Below the pieces are notes generated by a model. The model had not been told where the DNA came from. It saw only the letters and a program-made list of their open reading frames with translations, and did no database searches. Below are positions 1 through 11,284 of a stretch of 64,000 bases of DNA, piece by piece; within the stretch, counting starts at the first letter, position 1, and the number at the start of each line of letters is the position of its first letter. The DNA is taken from assembly GCF_006345805.1 (NCBI RefSeq), contig NC_042998.1:162068001-162132000 (forward strand), read 5' to 3'. The DNA is from Octopus sinensis (taxonomy: Eukaryota). Position numbers and translations under genes: made by a program.

Positions 1-30
1 TTCCTCATCAGTTGTAAGATATGCTTTATA

Positions 31-260
31 CATTATCATCATTTAACGTCCGTGTTCCATGTTGGTATGTGTAGCTGCACAAAGATTCAGTCTGATTTGA
101 CATGGTTTCTATGGCTGGATGTCCTTTCTACTCCAAGAGTGTAGTGGGTGCTTTTCATGTGCCACTGGCACAGGTACCATTGATGTGACACTGGCATCGT
201 CCTTGACTACAACAGGTCTTCTTAAGCACGGTATATTGCCAAAGGTCATTGTCACTTGCC
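31..260 (-). mobile_element. Degenerate RTE-LINE 3'UTR-derived element with (CAT)n tail
   Basis: catcatttaacgtccgtgttccatg...atggctggatgtcctttc...gagtgtagtgggtgctttt matches the 3'UTR of the RTE fragment at 58992-59940. Confidence 0.7.
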
Positions 261-593
261 ACTGCCTCCATACAAATTCTGTAGTACAAGATCTGCCAGG
301 TGAAAGATCCTATAGTACTTTCACCTTGTTTCATAGCTATTCCATAATCACTGAAATGCTAGGTGACCTTGTTACTCCACTCACATTAAATTTGTTGTCA
401 CAGACTGCCTCTTGTCTTTTCCCAACTTTTGTTTGAGTTATTACTTTCTTCAGAGGAGGTCTGTTGTTTTGAAAGCAGTGTAAAAGTGGGCATAACACTT
501 TTTATTAACTGGCATCTGTAATTTAAACTGCCCGTGCTGGTAGAGTACCTCATTCTCTTTAATAATAACTCGTCTTCCAGTTGCCAGCAAATA

Positions 594-752
594 ATGGGTT
601 CCACGCAGAAGTCATAAGCCATCAATGAATTCTTAACAAAAGTGGGTGAAGCTGTCTGACATAGATGGAAGCTGCAGGTTGTGTATGGAGATGATAACAT
701 TGACAACAGTAATGCTGTGTAAAGATGGCTAAAGATCTTTAAAGAAAAGGAA
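594..752 (+). mobile_element. Decayed mariner-type transposase N-terminal HTH relic
   Basis: From ATG at 594 reads MGSTQKS*AINEFLTKVGEAV*HRWKLQVVYGDDNIDNSNAV*RWLKIFK with stops. This resembles mariner N-termini (QRAVIEFL...LQxVYG...V.RW.K.FK). Truncated by a SINE at about 755. Confidence 0.6.
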
Positions 753-754
753 CA

Positions 755-880
755 CAAATATGATGGTCTTCTTTCAGTTTCCGTCTATCAAATTTGCTCA
801 CAAGACTTTGGCTTTTACAGTGGAAAATACTTGTCCAAGGTGCCATGCTAAGGGACTGAACCAAGGACCTGATGTACATA
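755..880 (-). mobile_element. SINE family A fragment (tRNA-like head plus central domain)
   Basis: ctttcagtttccgtctatcaaatttgctcacaagactttgg...ttgtccaaggtgccatgctaagggactgaacc, the reverse of the family A head. Confidence 0.75.
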
Positions 881-1140
881 TACATATATAAAATCAAAGA
901 CAAATCAGCAAACTCAAGCAAAGTCATGGTAAGGAAAAGGCAAATAAAAAAAATTAAGTCAGTTTTAAACAAATTATGGTATATAGATCATGTATGTACC
1001 TTTTCCAGCTACGTGTCATAAAAATTAAAGATTTATATTAAAATCAGGTTTGTTATTTGCTTATTTACTTGTCATTGGGGTATGGGCATTACTTGCCTTG
1101 TTTTGATGCAGATTCCATTGATATACTTATGTATGTATAA

Positions 1141-1273
1141 TTTAAAACAATTTGATTTGGTTCTGTGCTACTTCAAGCTTTGCAGGCCCGTAACAGGAGT
1201 GCAACTTCAGGTTTCTGGAATGCTGAATCCAGAAGCTTGAAAGTAGCACAGAATCAAGTCAAACTATTTTAAA
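1141..1273. repeat. Short fold-back / MITE-like inverted repeat
   Basis: Arms 1141-1180 and 1233-1273 match at 36 of 41 positions (4 transitions, 1 gap). Inner hairpin ttctgga..tccagaa. Confidence 0.8.
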
Positions 1274-1327
1274 AATTACTCCTACTAAATGTGTTGAGTA
1301 CCACTTTCCTTCTTTTGTCTACTCACT

Positions 1328-1371
<44 letters not shown>

Positions 1372-1374
<3 letters not shown>

Positions 1375-2090
1375 ACATCACAATCAAGGAACGGCCATAA
1401 TAGGCCATTCACCCACTATGGGAAAAAATTAAATAGTCATAGACCATTTATAAGTTCAACATCACAATCAAGGAACGGCCATTCACCCACTAGAAATAAC
1501 AGCCAAAGCTTCAACCGCAAAATAACATTAATTCCGCAAACCAGGAGAAAATTAAAAAAACGTTTACCCTGTAATTTCTTATACGATGCACCGTTTCATC
1601 TACTGTTTAATGGTAAACTAACCTGATTAAATTAAATCAAGCCAATCTTCCATAGGCCCTTAGATTCGTCAGTAAGAAATAGCCAGATCGGAACAGATAT
1701 TTTCACGAGGCACTTCTGTCCCTGCCTCGGCAATATCTGACCTAAAATTTTCAAATCATCGCACTCGCGCCAAATTTATCGGCAGCAAATAAATATAAGC
1801 TGCCGATTCCATGGTCTATGACTATTTAATTTTTTCCCACTAGGCCGCTGGTGACAAAAAAATTCTACAAAATTTTTTTGCCACCCTATATTGATTAATT
1901 ATGAATTTTCTGGTTGATTCCGTAAAGTAAGAAATAGCCAGATCGGAACAGATATTTTCACGAGGCACTTCTGTCCCTGCCTCGGCAATATAAGCTGCCG
2001 ATTCCATGGTCTATGACTATTTAATTTTTTCCCACTAGGCCGCTGGTGACAAAAAAATTCTACAAAATTTTTTTGCCACCCTATATTGAT

Positions 2091-2093
<3 letters not shown>
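1372..2093. mobile_element. Young unclassified CpG-rich element with exact internal duplications, embedded in (TA)n
   Basis: Exact direct repeats 1671-1736=1926-1991 and 1792-1898=1987-2093. 29-bp inversion 1419-1447 vs 1811-1839. (TA)n on both flanks. Confidence 0.6.
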
Positions 2094-2280
<187 letters not shown>

Positions 2281-3147
2281 ATTTTTTTAATATATACTAA
2301 TATGTAGATGGGTATGTATATATGTATGTGGATGGATGAGTGTGTGTATATATATAGATCGATGTGTGTTTATATATGCAAATGGATGGTTCTGTGTATG
2401 TGTGTGTGTGTATATATACTAGCTTCAAAGCCACCCTGTTGGGTGGCTTTTAAGCTAGCTCCTCTGGAGGGCTCTTCATTGGGTCTTGGGCCCAACAATG
2501 ACATTTCATGCATTGAGTACATATTAAATTTTATTAAACTTGACCAATATTTTTGAAGCAATGAATAATTTTCATCCAAACTATGATATAATTTGTCAAC
2601 TTGGAACTTATTGCAATGCTGCATGATAAACATTTTTTGTCTTCCCATTCAGGTGTTTAATCTCAGGCGTTTAATTTGTTTAATCTCTTTCTTTCTCTCT
2701 TTCTGTTGATTATTTTCAACCATCACCATCACAACTGCCAAACACACACCATTCAGATTTCTGACACCACCACTATCAATACCTTTGACTTCACCACCTT
2801 CTCCTCCACCACTATCACCTCTGTCTTTCACATTGCTTACTAACACCGTCATCCCTGACAGCCTCGGCTATCCCCACCATCATCACCATCGCCTCTGCCT
2901 CTATTACAACTACAGCTCATACTATTACTATCACTCTATTACTATTACAACTGTTAATCTACTACCGCCCTCACCATCTCTATGCCTACTATTACTCTCA
3001 CCCCGGCATGAGGAATAGAAGTGTTACTGAATAGTGAGAGGGGGGGGGTCAAAGTACGCCACACTGATACACACAAATTCATTTCAGTATTTATTATTAT
3101 AAATATGTACACATACATACACACACACACACACACGTACATACACA

Positions 3148-3191
<44 letters not shown>

Positions 3192-4105
3192 CACACACAC
3201 ACTTCTTACTTTTGTTGAAGACATTTAATTGTGCTTGACTGAGGTAGAAAAGTAGACATCAGTAAAAATAAAGCTAAGGAAATCTCAGTAATATTCATCT
3301 TTACTTTATAACTGCCACCAGGGCTCAATTAAAATTATAAAGATTTTCAAAATAATTGTATTTTAATTCTTAAATACTGCACATATATTAAATAAACAAA
3401 AATTTTCACTGATTCTGAAATTACAATTTTACTGACATTCAAGTAATATTTTTGTCTGTGAATTTAAAGGTAAGATAGATGTGTGTTCTTTGTCCTGCAC
3501 TCTTTCTCCCTGTCTGTCTTCCTTTCACACATGCACACATACCTATACGCATTCTACAACAACCAAAAAATATTTTCAGAAACTATCCACTTTTAACATT
3601 ATTTTGTTTCTGAGTTGTTGCCAACTTAAAAAGTTAAGTGATAAAACTTCAAGACATAATAGAAAGCAAATTTTCTATTTTACTCTCAAACAGAATGAAA
3701 TTATCCAAAAATGGAGCTGAAAGTTCAATTTTGATCTTAGTAATTTATTATGATTCCTGCCCTCTCCCAATTTAAGTTAACATAGCTTGTATGGTTGTTT
3801 CCATTTCCTCTGTGTTTTCTTGTGGAAATTTGACCAACACTTTGCTGAGCAAAGGACTTCTTTTTTTTTTTTTTTGAAGAAACTAAGTGAAATTTAAGGC
3901 CCATTTCTTAATTGAATTTAAAATTTACTTTATTGACAGATTGTGTAAAATGGCAGAACACAGTTGGAATTTAGTTGGAGATTGATTGTTTTTATAGACT
4001 TTTATTTTAATATCTGGGTGACTTATAGATTTTCTTTTTGTTTTTGTGTTCCTTTTATTAACTGATTTTACATGATGTTGTTATCTCATATCACTAGCTC
4101 TTGCG

Positions 4106-4310
4106 AATAATTGTCTACTTTAACTGTCTTTAAGTAACAAAGACACTTTATCCATTACAGATGAATATACATGCATACATATAGACATACATGTCCACAC
4201 ATACACACACACATGCACACATGCACATATAGATAGAAAAAGAGAGAGGGGGAGATTTAAACAAGAAACTAAAAGAATAAATAGGAAACCTTACATTTCT
4301 ATTTAGTTCT
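4106..4310 (+). repeat. Donor copy of a ~200-bp segment duplicated at 5642-5826
   Basis: aataattgtctacttta...gtaacaaagacactttatccatta...gagagggggagatttaaa...ggaaaccttaca...ttagttct occurs at both sites. Confidence 0.85.
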
Positions 4311-4920
4311 TAACTATTTTCTTCCATTACTCACAGAAATCTACTGAAAATAAAGCCAAGATTAGTTTTTCTCCAAATGACATCCACTGCAGTTAGTTAA
4401 AAAGTGTTTGACTAAATTTCTTGAATTTTTTTTTTTTGAGATAGTAATCATACAAATTGTATGGCTTATCAATGCAATAAGTAAATTGACTATAGGCAAA
4501 TTTTATTTAAATAATTATCTATAAGAAATAATATAGAAAATTAGTTAGAATCAGAAAAAGAATAAGTTAAAAATAAGAAAACAAGTTGAATTTCAACAAT
4601 CAGTTAAATATGATTTAATGATAAAAATTAGATTTCATTTTCTGATGATAAATTTTAATGAGAAGGATAAATTGGAAATTGAAGAAATAAAAATTAAGGT
4701 GGCACAAAACCCCACCAATTATGTTTATATTTCTCAGTAATGTAGCTTGCAGGGTGCGGGGTACCTTGGGTGACTCTTTTAAAGAGATGACTTTTTGGAT
4801 GTGCTTTCCAATAGTAAGGTATTCCAGTGTAAGGAAATCCAAAAAGTAGCTGCTCTGAACCCAAGAATTAAGTACTCTAGATCATCATTGGAAAGACTTA
4901 GATATGTGTGTGAGTGTGTG

Positions 4921-5310
4921 ATAATAGGCAAATCAAAAATAGAAACGGAAACAGAACCAACAAAAGTCAAAAAGACATATACAGTGAATGTATAAGGATG
5001 ATGCTCAGAAAGTTCAAGATGGAAAAAAGAAGGGGTGTGACATTTTGAGCATGGCTCTTCATCAGAAAGAGGAAAGATGAAAGAGCCAGAGAGAAGGAAA
5101 AGAGCAGTCCAAGGTAAAAAAACATACTTTTCTCAAACTATTCTTTTCTTTCTCTCCAGACCTTTCCTCTTTCTAAGAACCATGCTCGAAATGTCACACC
5201 TCTTTTATTCCATCTTCAATTGAGTGTCAACCTATTACATTCAATGTGTACATCTTTTTGACTTTTGTTTTTTGTTTTTATTTTTGTTTTAATCTTTGAT
5301 TTGTATAGGC
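4921..5310. repeat. Long fold-back inverted repeat (~180-bp arms)
   Basis: caaaagtcaaaaaga / tctttttgacttttg, gtgtgacattttgagcatgg / ccatgctcgaaatgtcacac and agaaagaggaaag / ctttcctctttct pair symmetrically around a short spacer near 5110-5135. Confidence 0.85.
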
Positions 5311-5554
5311 TTATAGGTTGGGGAGGTGGGGGCAAACTCAAGTGTCACCCCAGACAGCATACACTTGAGCAACACCACTGGTATTTCAATATCAGATTCA
5401 GTTTAACAAGTATAAAGGATTACCATTATCTAGTTTATCTTATCTTGTTACTCTATTTCTATTACTACACCCATTTAGATTAGGCCATATTCCCAACTCT
5501 CTTGACACAGGCAATCATAATTTGCCATTAGGGACTTCCTAGTAGTATTTTAGC

Positions 5555-6330
5555 CCCCTGAGCAAGTCAATGCACTGGGTCATATAGGACCAGCATACAA
5601 AGATCAGAACTAGGTCCCTAGACTCATGATGTGCCTGGGCAAATAATTGTCTACTTTAGTAACAAAGACACTTTATCCATTATAGATGAATATACATGCA
5701 TATATATATATATATATACATATCCAATACACATGCATGCACACATAGATAGAAAGAGAGAGAGGGGGAGATTTAAATAAGAAAATAAAAGAATAAATAG
5801 GAAACCTTACAATTCTCTTTAGTTCTGAGTGTAGAGCATTATAATATTTATTGACAACAAGCCACAGCATAGAAAGATCAAAACTGGGCTCCCTAGACCC
5901 ATGAGGTTACCGGGCAAATAATTGCACTGAGCATTATGGTATTTATTCATTGACAGCAAGCCACAGTATACATAGATTGAGAGCCCTAAGCAAATCAATA
6001 CACTGGGCCCTATATTATTTCTTTATTGACTGTAAGCCACAGCAAACAAAGATTAGAAACGGGCTCCCTAGATTCATGAGGTGACCGGGCAAATAATTGC
6101 ACTGAGCATTATAGTATCTATTCATTGACAGCAAGCCACATTATACTTAGATTGAGGGCCCCAGGCAAATCAATGCACTGGCCCTAGAGTATTAATTTGA
6201 CAAGCCACAACACACATAGATCAGAATTAGCCCCCTAGTTTCTTGAGGTGCCTGGGAAAATAATTGCACTGAGCATTATAATATTTATTTATTAACAGCA
6301 AGCCACAGTATACATAAATCAGAGTTGGGC
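5555..6330 (+). repeat. Higher-order minisatellite of alternating ~99-bp and ~70-76-bp subunits
   Basis: Anchor aagccaca at 5859, 5958, 6034, 6133, 6202 and 6300 (spacings 99, 76, 99, 69, 98). A degenerate earlier unit lies at about 5555-5650. Confidence 0.85.
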
Positions 6331-7200
6331 TCTGGAAAACTGCCCAGGGGCTTATGCCCTCAGATGGCACTGTCTTCCACTAATCAACTTTGTTTCTATC
6401 TTACATGTTTCACATAACCTAAACCTTGTAAGTAAAATTGGCAGGACAGGAACTGTTAAAAAACTATTGAAAAATTGTACTTGTAATTTGAAGGTCCAGC
6501 CTTGTGATACATAAATTCATACTGATACTGTCTGAGAATTTCATCTAGAGTACGCTAGTCCATAGAATATTCAAACATACAAATTCATTGCGTAGTTATT
6601 TCAATTGATCAAATAGTTGAAAACTCATCACTGAAATTGACATAAATCCATATGCTTATTTTATCCAATGAATTATTTGTCTCTTGCTGCTTCTAGTTTC
6701 AAAATTCATATTTTAATACAATGCAGTCTGTTTGGCATATAGCATCATATTTAGTCTTTACTCTGAAGAGAATATGTAAGTTATTACAACAGAATTTTCA
6801 CATATACTAGTCAGAATAAGCTTCAAATATGACTAGGATAACAATAGAAAAATGTTCAAGTACAAGTATTTCCTGATGAAGCTGTAAAAGACATGACCAA
6901 CTTAACCTAATTCATCACTGGGTCATTTTCTCAACATCCATTTAATATCCTTTAAATTTCTCTCCTATGTTGGTCTCAACAAACCAAGTTTCTGGTTGGG
7001 TATTGGCCTAAATGTTGTCACTCATCACATCACAATCATTATCACAAGGTATTTAAAGAAAATTTAGCTGCTATTTCTAGCAGGTTGAATGACTGCAGAG
7101 AAAGACTCTTATCAATCACTTGCACACAAGTACACTTTTTTTTTATATGTAATTATTATAAACTCAGTTTCTGCTCACTTTCACAGTTGCCTTTTGAAGA

Positions 7201-7221
7201 TTAGATGAGGTTTACATCAAC
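7201..7221 (-). CDS. Candidate terminal coding exon of unidentified minus-strand gene (VDVNLI* or S*)
   Basis: Acceptor gatttttcacag|GTTGATGTAAACCTCATCTAA. A stop is reached in either incoming phase. Confidence 0.5.
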   Translation of the reverse strand, partial: VDVNLI

Positions 7222-7419
7222 CTGTGAAAAATCATTGCACAAAATATATGGCTGATATTTTATAGAATTCTTTTCTAAATCAAATAAACTTTCATGATAC
7301 TTTGTACATTCTTTGAGTACAAAAGGAAATTAAAAAAGAAAAAAATTAAGTAAAAAGACAACATTCTTTTTTCATCTCCATTTCATGCTGTTGACTCAAT
7401 ACTTCTTTGTAAGACTTAC

Positions 7420-7462
7420 TGTTGCACTGATGGTCAATAAAATAGTTTATCTTTCTATACAC
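7420..7462 (-). CDS. Candidate optional exon VYRKINYFIDHQCN (phase 0 to 1)
   Basis: caatcag|GTGTAT...GCAACA|gtaagt. Only frame 0 is open. Weak acceptor and 58-nt upstream intron. Confidence 0.35.
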
Positions 7463-7520
7463 CTGATTGCATTGGACATCTCATTATCTTTAGTGTGACA
7501 CATTACTCATTAGCACTTAC

Positions 7521-7547
7521 CGGGACATTGAAGGTAAAAGAATATAC
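7521..7547 (-). CDS. 27-nt microexon VYSFTFNVP
   Basis: ttttaattgccatgtccttctcag|GTATATTCTTTTACCTTCAATGTCCCG|gtaagtg. Strong sites, phase 0 to 0, in phase with the upstream exon. Confidence 0.65.
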
Positions 7548-7921
7548 CTGAGAAGGACATGGCAATTAAAATTAAAAAAATAAATAACCAATCTAATATG
7601 GCTTTTACATTCTTAAGCTTTGCCTTGTTCCCATTAGAATCTTCTTTGTTAACAAAATACTAATACACTTGACATTGATCTTGTACTGACTGACTTAAAA
7701 AGAAAATATTGAACAATCCATTTGTTTTTCTTCCATTAATTCTATAAAACTCTTGTAGCACCATTCTGTCTGATGTGTGGGCTTAGCTACATGATAGGAA
7801 TGCTCTAAATAGCTGTGGATCAATGGTCTCTTTGTTTGTATGTACGATGATTCCTGCCAGATAGATTTGGGCATTTATGATTGGATAAATGTCAAATAAA
7901 CTTAGAGAATATTTGGCTTAC

Positions 7922-7977
7922 TAGTTGAATATCTATCTCATATGCAACCTTGAAGTCTCTACTGTGATCGAAGTAGG
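7922..7977 (-). CDS. 56-nt exon (A)YFDHSRDFKVAYEIDIQL
   Basis: gtattttttatag|CCTACTTC...CAACTA|gtaagc. Single open frame, phase 1 to 0. Confidence 0.7.
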
Positions 7978-8410
7978 CTATAAAAAATACATTCTCTTTA
8001 GTACCACACTGGCAATTTTTAGGTGTGATGAATGGATGTTATAAATTCAACCATCGCTGAATATAAGCATACATTTTTACACAAGCATATGTCATAAACA
8101 AGTCTTATAAATAGTAGAAATCTCAAATCATGTTTGATTTTCTTCAACACTATATAAAATAGAGAATGGGATTGTTGCTAAAGTAGAGAACAAGTGAGAT
8201 TCTTCATAACAGGCTCAATTTTTATGCTAAAAGTGAATCATTCAAGATAGTTGGTATAAGTTATGCTTAAAAGGCATTCTCGAAAGAATTTGTAAAAGCT
8301 TGTTAAAGTTAGTCTTTGGTTGCTCTAAAGTGAAACCAAATAAATAAAATGGATGACACAAGAAATTTTTCATTTAGGTAACAATCTGTGCCATCTTGCA
8401 ACATACATAC

Positions 8411-8429
8411 CCACGAAATTAATCCTTTT
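8411..8429 (-). CDS. 19-nt microexon KRINFV
   Basis: aatacag|AAAAGGATTAATTTCGTGG|gtatgt. Phase 0 to 1 exactly bridges the neighbours. Weak pyrimidine tract. Confidence 0.5.
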
Positions 8430-8682
8430 CTGTATTCTTAAGATTTGTTTCAACATTTATATTTACTTAGAAATTATTTATTTACTTATTATTGAAGTCA
8501 ACTTTGCCTTTCATCTTTTCAGGGTCTGTAAAGCAACAAGTACCAGTAATGCACTGAAGTCATTGGAATCAACTAACCACTCCATCACCATAAAATTGTT
8601 GTCCTTGGGCCAAAATTTGAAACCATTATCATTATAACTAGCTGGACCCATGGATATTTAACAGAGTTAATGGTAAACTTAC

Positions 8683-8732
8683 TGGGTTAATTCTGAAAAC
8701 TTTGTCCAAAAAACCTGAAAGCTGTGTTGTGT
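8683..8732 (-). CDS. 50-nt exon (D)TTQLSGFLDKVFRINP
   Basis: gtctgtctttttatacag|ACACAAC...AACCCA|gtaagt. Phase 1 to 0. Confidence 0.65.
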
Positions 8733-9005
8733 CTGTATAAAAAGACAGACACTAATCATTGAAAAGTGAAGGTAATCAGAATACAGTGATTACTTAATGC
8801 ACTTTATATATACACTTTATATGCTTTATACACAATTTTATAGGCTTAATACATAGAACTCTCCCCCTTTCTCTCTCACATTTCACTTTACTCTCTTTTT
8901 CTCTCTTTTTTCTTGTGCTCTTTGCCTTTCCCTTCAACTAATTGTGTGGAAGCATTACACTCAGAGTAAGTAATGAAGGGGAAAAAAATTACACTTTTCA
9001 CTCAC

Positions 9006-9039
9006 CATCACCTCTGTTTATTACATGTAGTGTCTTAGT
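9006..9039 (-). CDS. 34-nt exon TKTLHVINRGD
   Basis: ctatttgtgttag|ACTAAG...GGTGATG|gtgagt. Single open frame, phase 0 to 1. Confidence 0.65.
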
Positions 9040-9099
9040 CTAACACAAATAGCTTAAGATTATTTTAAATAATTTCAAAGATTATTTTAAATAATTACA

Positions 9100-9540
9100 A
9101 ACATTGGGTGATATGCTATGCTTGATAAAACCTATCAAAACAAGTAAAATTGTAGTTGTGGCCAATGCCAGTGCTGTCTGACTGCATTCATGTCAGTGAG
9201 TTGCAAAAAGCACTATTCGAGCATTGGGCCTCACAGAAGCACTGACTGGTGACTGAGAGCTTTGGTGATATACTGTGCTTGTATATACCTGTCAAGCCAA
9301 GTGAGATCATAGCCGTGGCTGATGCTGGTGTCACGTCAATGACACCTGTGCCGGTGACATGTAAAAAGCACCCACAACAGTTTTGGAGTGGTTGGCAATA
9401 GGAAGGACATCCAGCTGTAGAGACCTTGCCAAATTGGACTGGAACGTGGTTCAGCTCCCCGGCTTACCAGTTTTCAGTCAAACTGTCCAACCTATGCCAA
9501 GTATGGAAAGCGAACATTAAACAATAATGATGATGATGCG
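9100..9540 (+). mobile_element. RTE 3'UTR-derived element with (GAT)n tail
   Basis: gagtggttggcaataggaaggacatccagctgtagagacc...gtatggaaagcgaacattaaacaataatgatgatgatg. Confidence 0.75.
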
Positions 9541-9630
9541 AGACATTACAGAAATGTAAAACGTAAGATTAATGTGTGTTAAAAAAATTCAGAAACCTTT
9601 GGTGACGATCACTTTCATAGCTAACTTTAC

Positions 9631-9699
9631 CTTAATTTGATTTCCTATGAAGAACATTACTAATTGATAAAAATATAATTTTACCCAACGGAGCACTGC
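9631..9699 (-). CDS. Candidate exon AVLRW (15 nt, 9685-9699) or extended AVLRWVKLYFYQLVMFFIGNQIK (69 nt)
   Basis: ctttgttcatgtgtacag|GCAGTGCTCCGTTGG|gtaaaa. The frame stays open to a second donor AAG|gtaaag at 9631. Both forms are phase 0 to 0. Confidence 0.4.
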
Positions 9700-9827
9700 C
9701 TGTACACATGAACAAAGATTTTAATGGAAATGTATCTTATTCTATGAGCATAGTATTGAGTTTTAGATGGTATTAGATAGTTTTCTTTTATTGAGATTTC
9801 TAGTTAAAAAAAATTTTCATGTGCAAC

Positions 9828-11280
9828 TGTAGCTGTGTGGTAAGAAGCTTCATTCCCAACCACATGGTTCTGGGTTCAATCCCATTGCGTGGTACCTTGG
9901 ACAAGTGTCTTCTACTACAGCCTCGGGCTGACCAAAGTCTTGTGAATAGATTCAGTTGACGAAAACTGAAAGAAGCCTGTCATATGTATATATATATATA
10001 TGATTGATTCTAGTTTCAGCTCATGAGCTGTGGCCATGCTGGGGCACCGCCATTTTGCTGGGGCACATATATATATATATATATATTCTGTTATTCTTTT
10101 ACTTGTTTCAGTCATTTGACTGTGGCCATGTTGGCCATGAACTAATCGACCCCAGTACTTATCCTTTGTAAGCCTAGTATCTATTCTATTGATCTATTTT
10201 GTCGAACTGCTAAGTGATGGAGATGTAAACACACCAACATCAGTTGTCAAGCAATGGTGGGGGACACACACAGACACAAATAACAAGCACACACATCATC
10301 ATCATCATCATCATCATCGTTTAACGTCCGCTTTCCATGCTAGCATGGGTTGGACGGTTCAACTGGGGTCTGGGAAGCCCAAAGGCTGCACCAGGCCAGT
10401 CAGATCTGACAGTGTTTCTACAGCTGGATGCCCTTCCTAACGCCAACCACTCCGAGAGTGTAGTGGGTGATTTTATGTGCCAATGACACACGTGCCAGAC
10501 GAGGCTGGCACCATATATACGATGGGCTTCTTTCAGTTTCTGTCTATCAAATCCACTCAAAAGGCTTTAGTTGGCCTCTATAGTAGTAGACACTTGCCCA
10601 AGGTGCCATGCAGTGGGAGTGATCCCGGAACCATGTGGTTGGGAAGTAAGCTTCTTACAAACTCTCCTGCACCTATATATCATCATCATCATCGTTTAAC
10701 GTCCATTTTCCATGCTGGCATAGGTTGGATGGTTTGACTGAAGTCTGGAGAGCCAACGGCTGCATCAGGCTCCAATCTGATCTGGCAATGTTTCTACAGC
10801 TGGATACCCTTCCTAATGCCAACCACTCCGAGAGTGTAGTGGGTGCTTTTTACATGCCACCGGCACAGGAACCAGTCAGGTAGGTCTGGTATCAATCATG
10901 TTCAGATAGTGTGTTTTATGTGCCACCGGCATGGGCCAGTCAGAGCATACTGGCATCAGCCATGTTTGGATGGTGCTTTTTATGTGCCACCTGCATGGGA
11001 GCCAGTCACCGGGTACTGGCATCAGCCACATTCGGATGGTGCTTTTTACATGCCAATGTATTTATGTTTGCATTTGTATGTCTGCGCTTGTCCCCCTCAC
11101 CCTCACTTGACAACTGATGTTGGTGTGTTTACATCCCTATAACTTTGCAGTTCAGCAAAAGTGACTGATAGAATAAGTACCATATTTACAAAGAATAAGT
11201 CCTGGAGTTGATTCCGTCAACTAAAAGGCGGTGCTTCAGCATGGCTACAGTCAAATGACTGAAACAAATAAAAGAATGTA
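9828..11280. mobile_element. Dense cluster of family A SINEs and RTE-3'UTR elements
   Basis: Family A heads at about 9830 (+) and 10505-10665 (-). Family A tails at 10075-10280 (-) and 11075-11280 (+). (CAT)n elements at 10300-10500 and 10680-11050 (-). Confidence 0.8.
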
Positions 11281-11284
11281 TGTG

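Noticed and set aside
5555-6330. Regularly spaced repeats that might suggest a CRISPR array
   Set aside because: The DNA is eukaryotic, the units are similar along their whole length with no unique spacers, and there are no cas genes. The same applies to 46545-47305.
6870-6900. Other CUGANGA strings (about 6875, 24020, 29907, 45181, 55090) as hammerhead cores
   Set aside because: None has a stem II followed by GAAA and an NUH triplet with a closing stem I.
9645-9684. 40-nt intron splitting 9631-9699 into 15-nt and 14-nt microexons (GSAPLGNQIK)
   Set aside because: The intron is too short to be credible and requires an incoming phase that the upstream exon does not supply.
9828-9900. tRNA-like A/B-box sequences (also about 19470, 24000, 42372, 54950)
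   Set aside because: They run directly into SINE bodies and no complete cloverleaf could be drawn. Treated as SINE heads.
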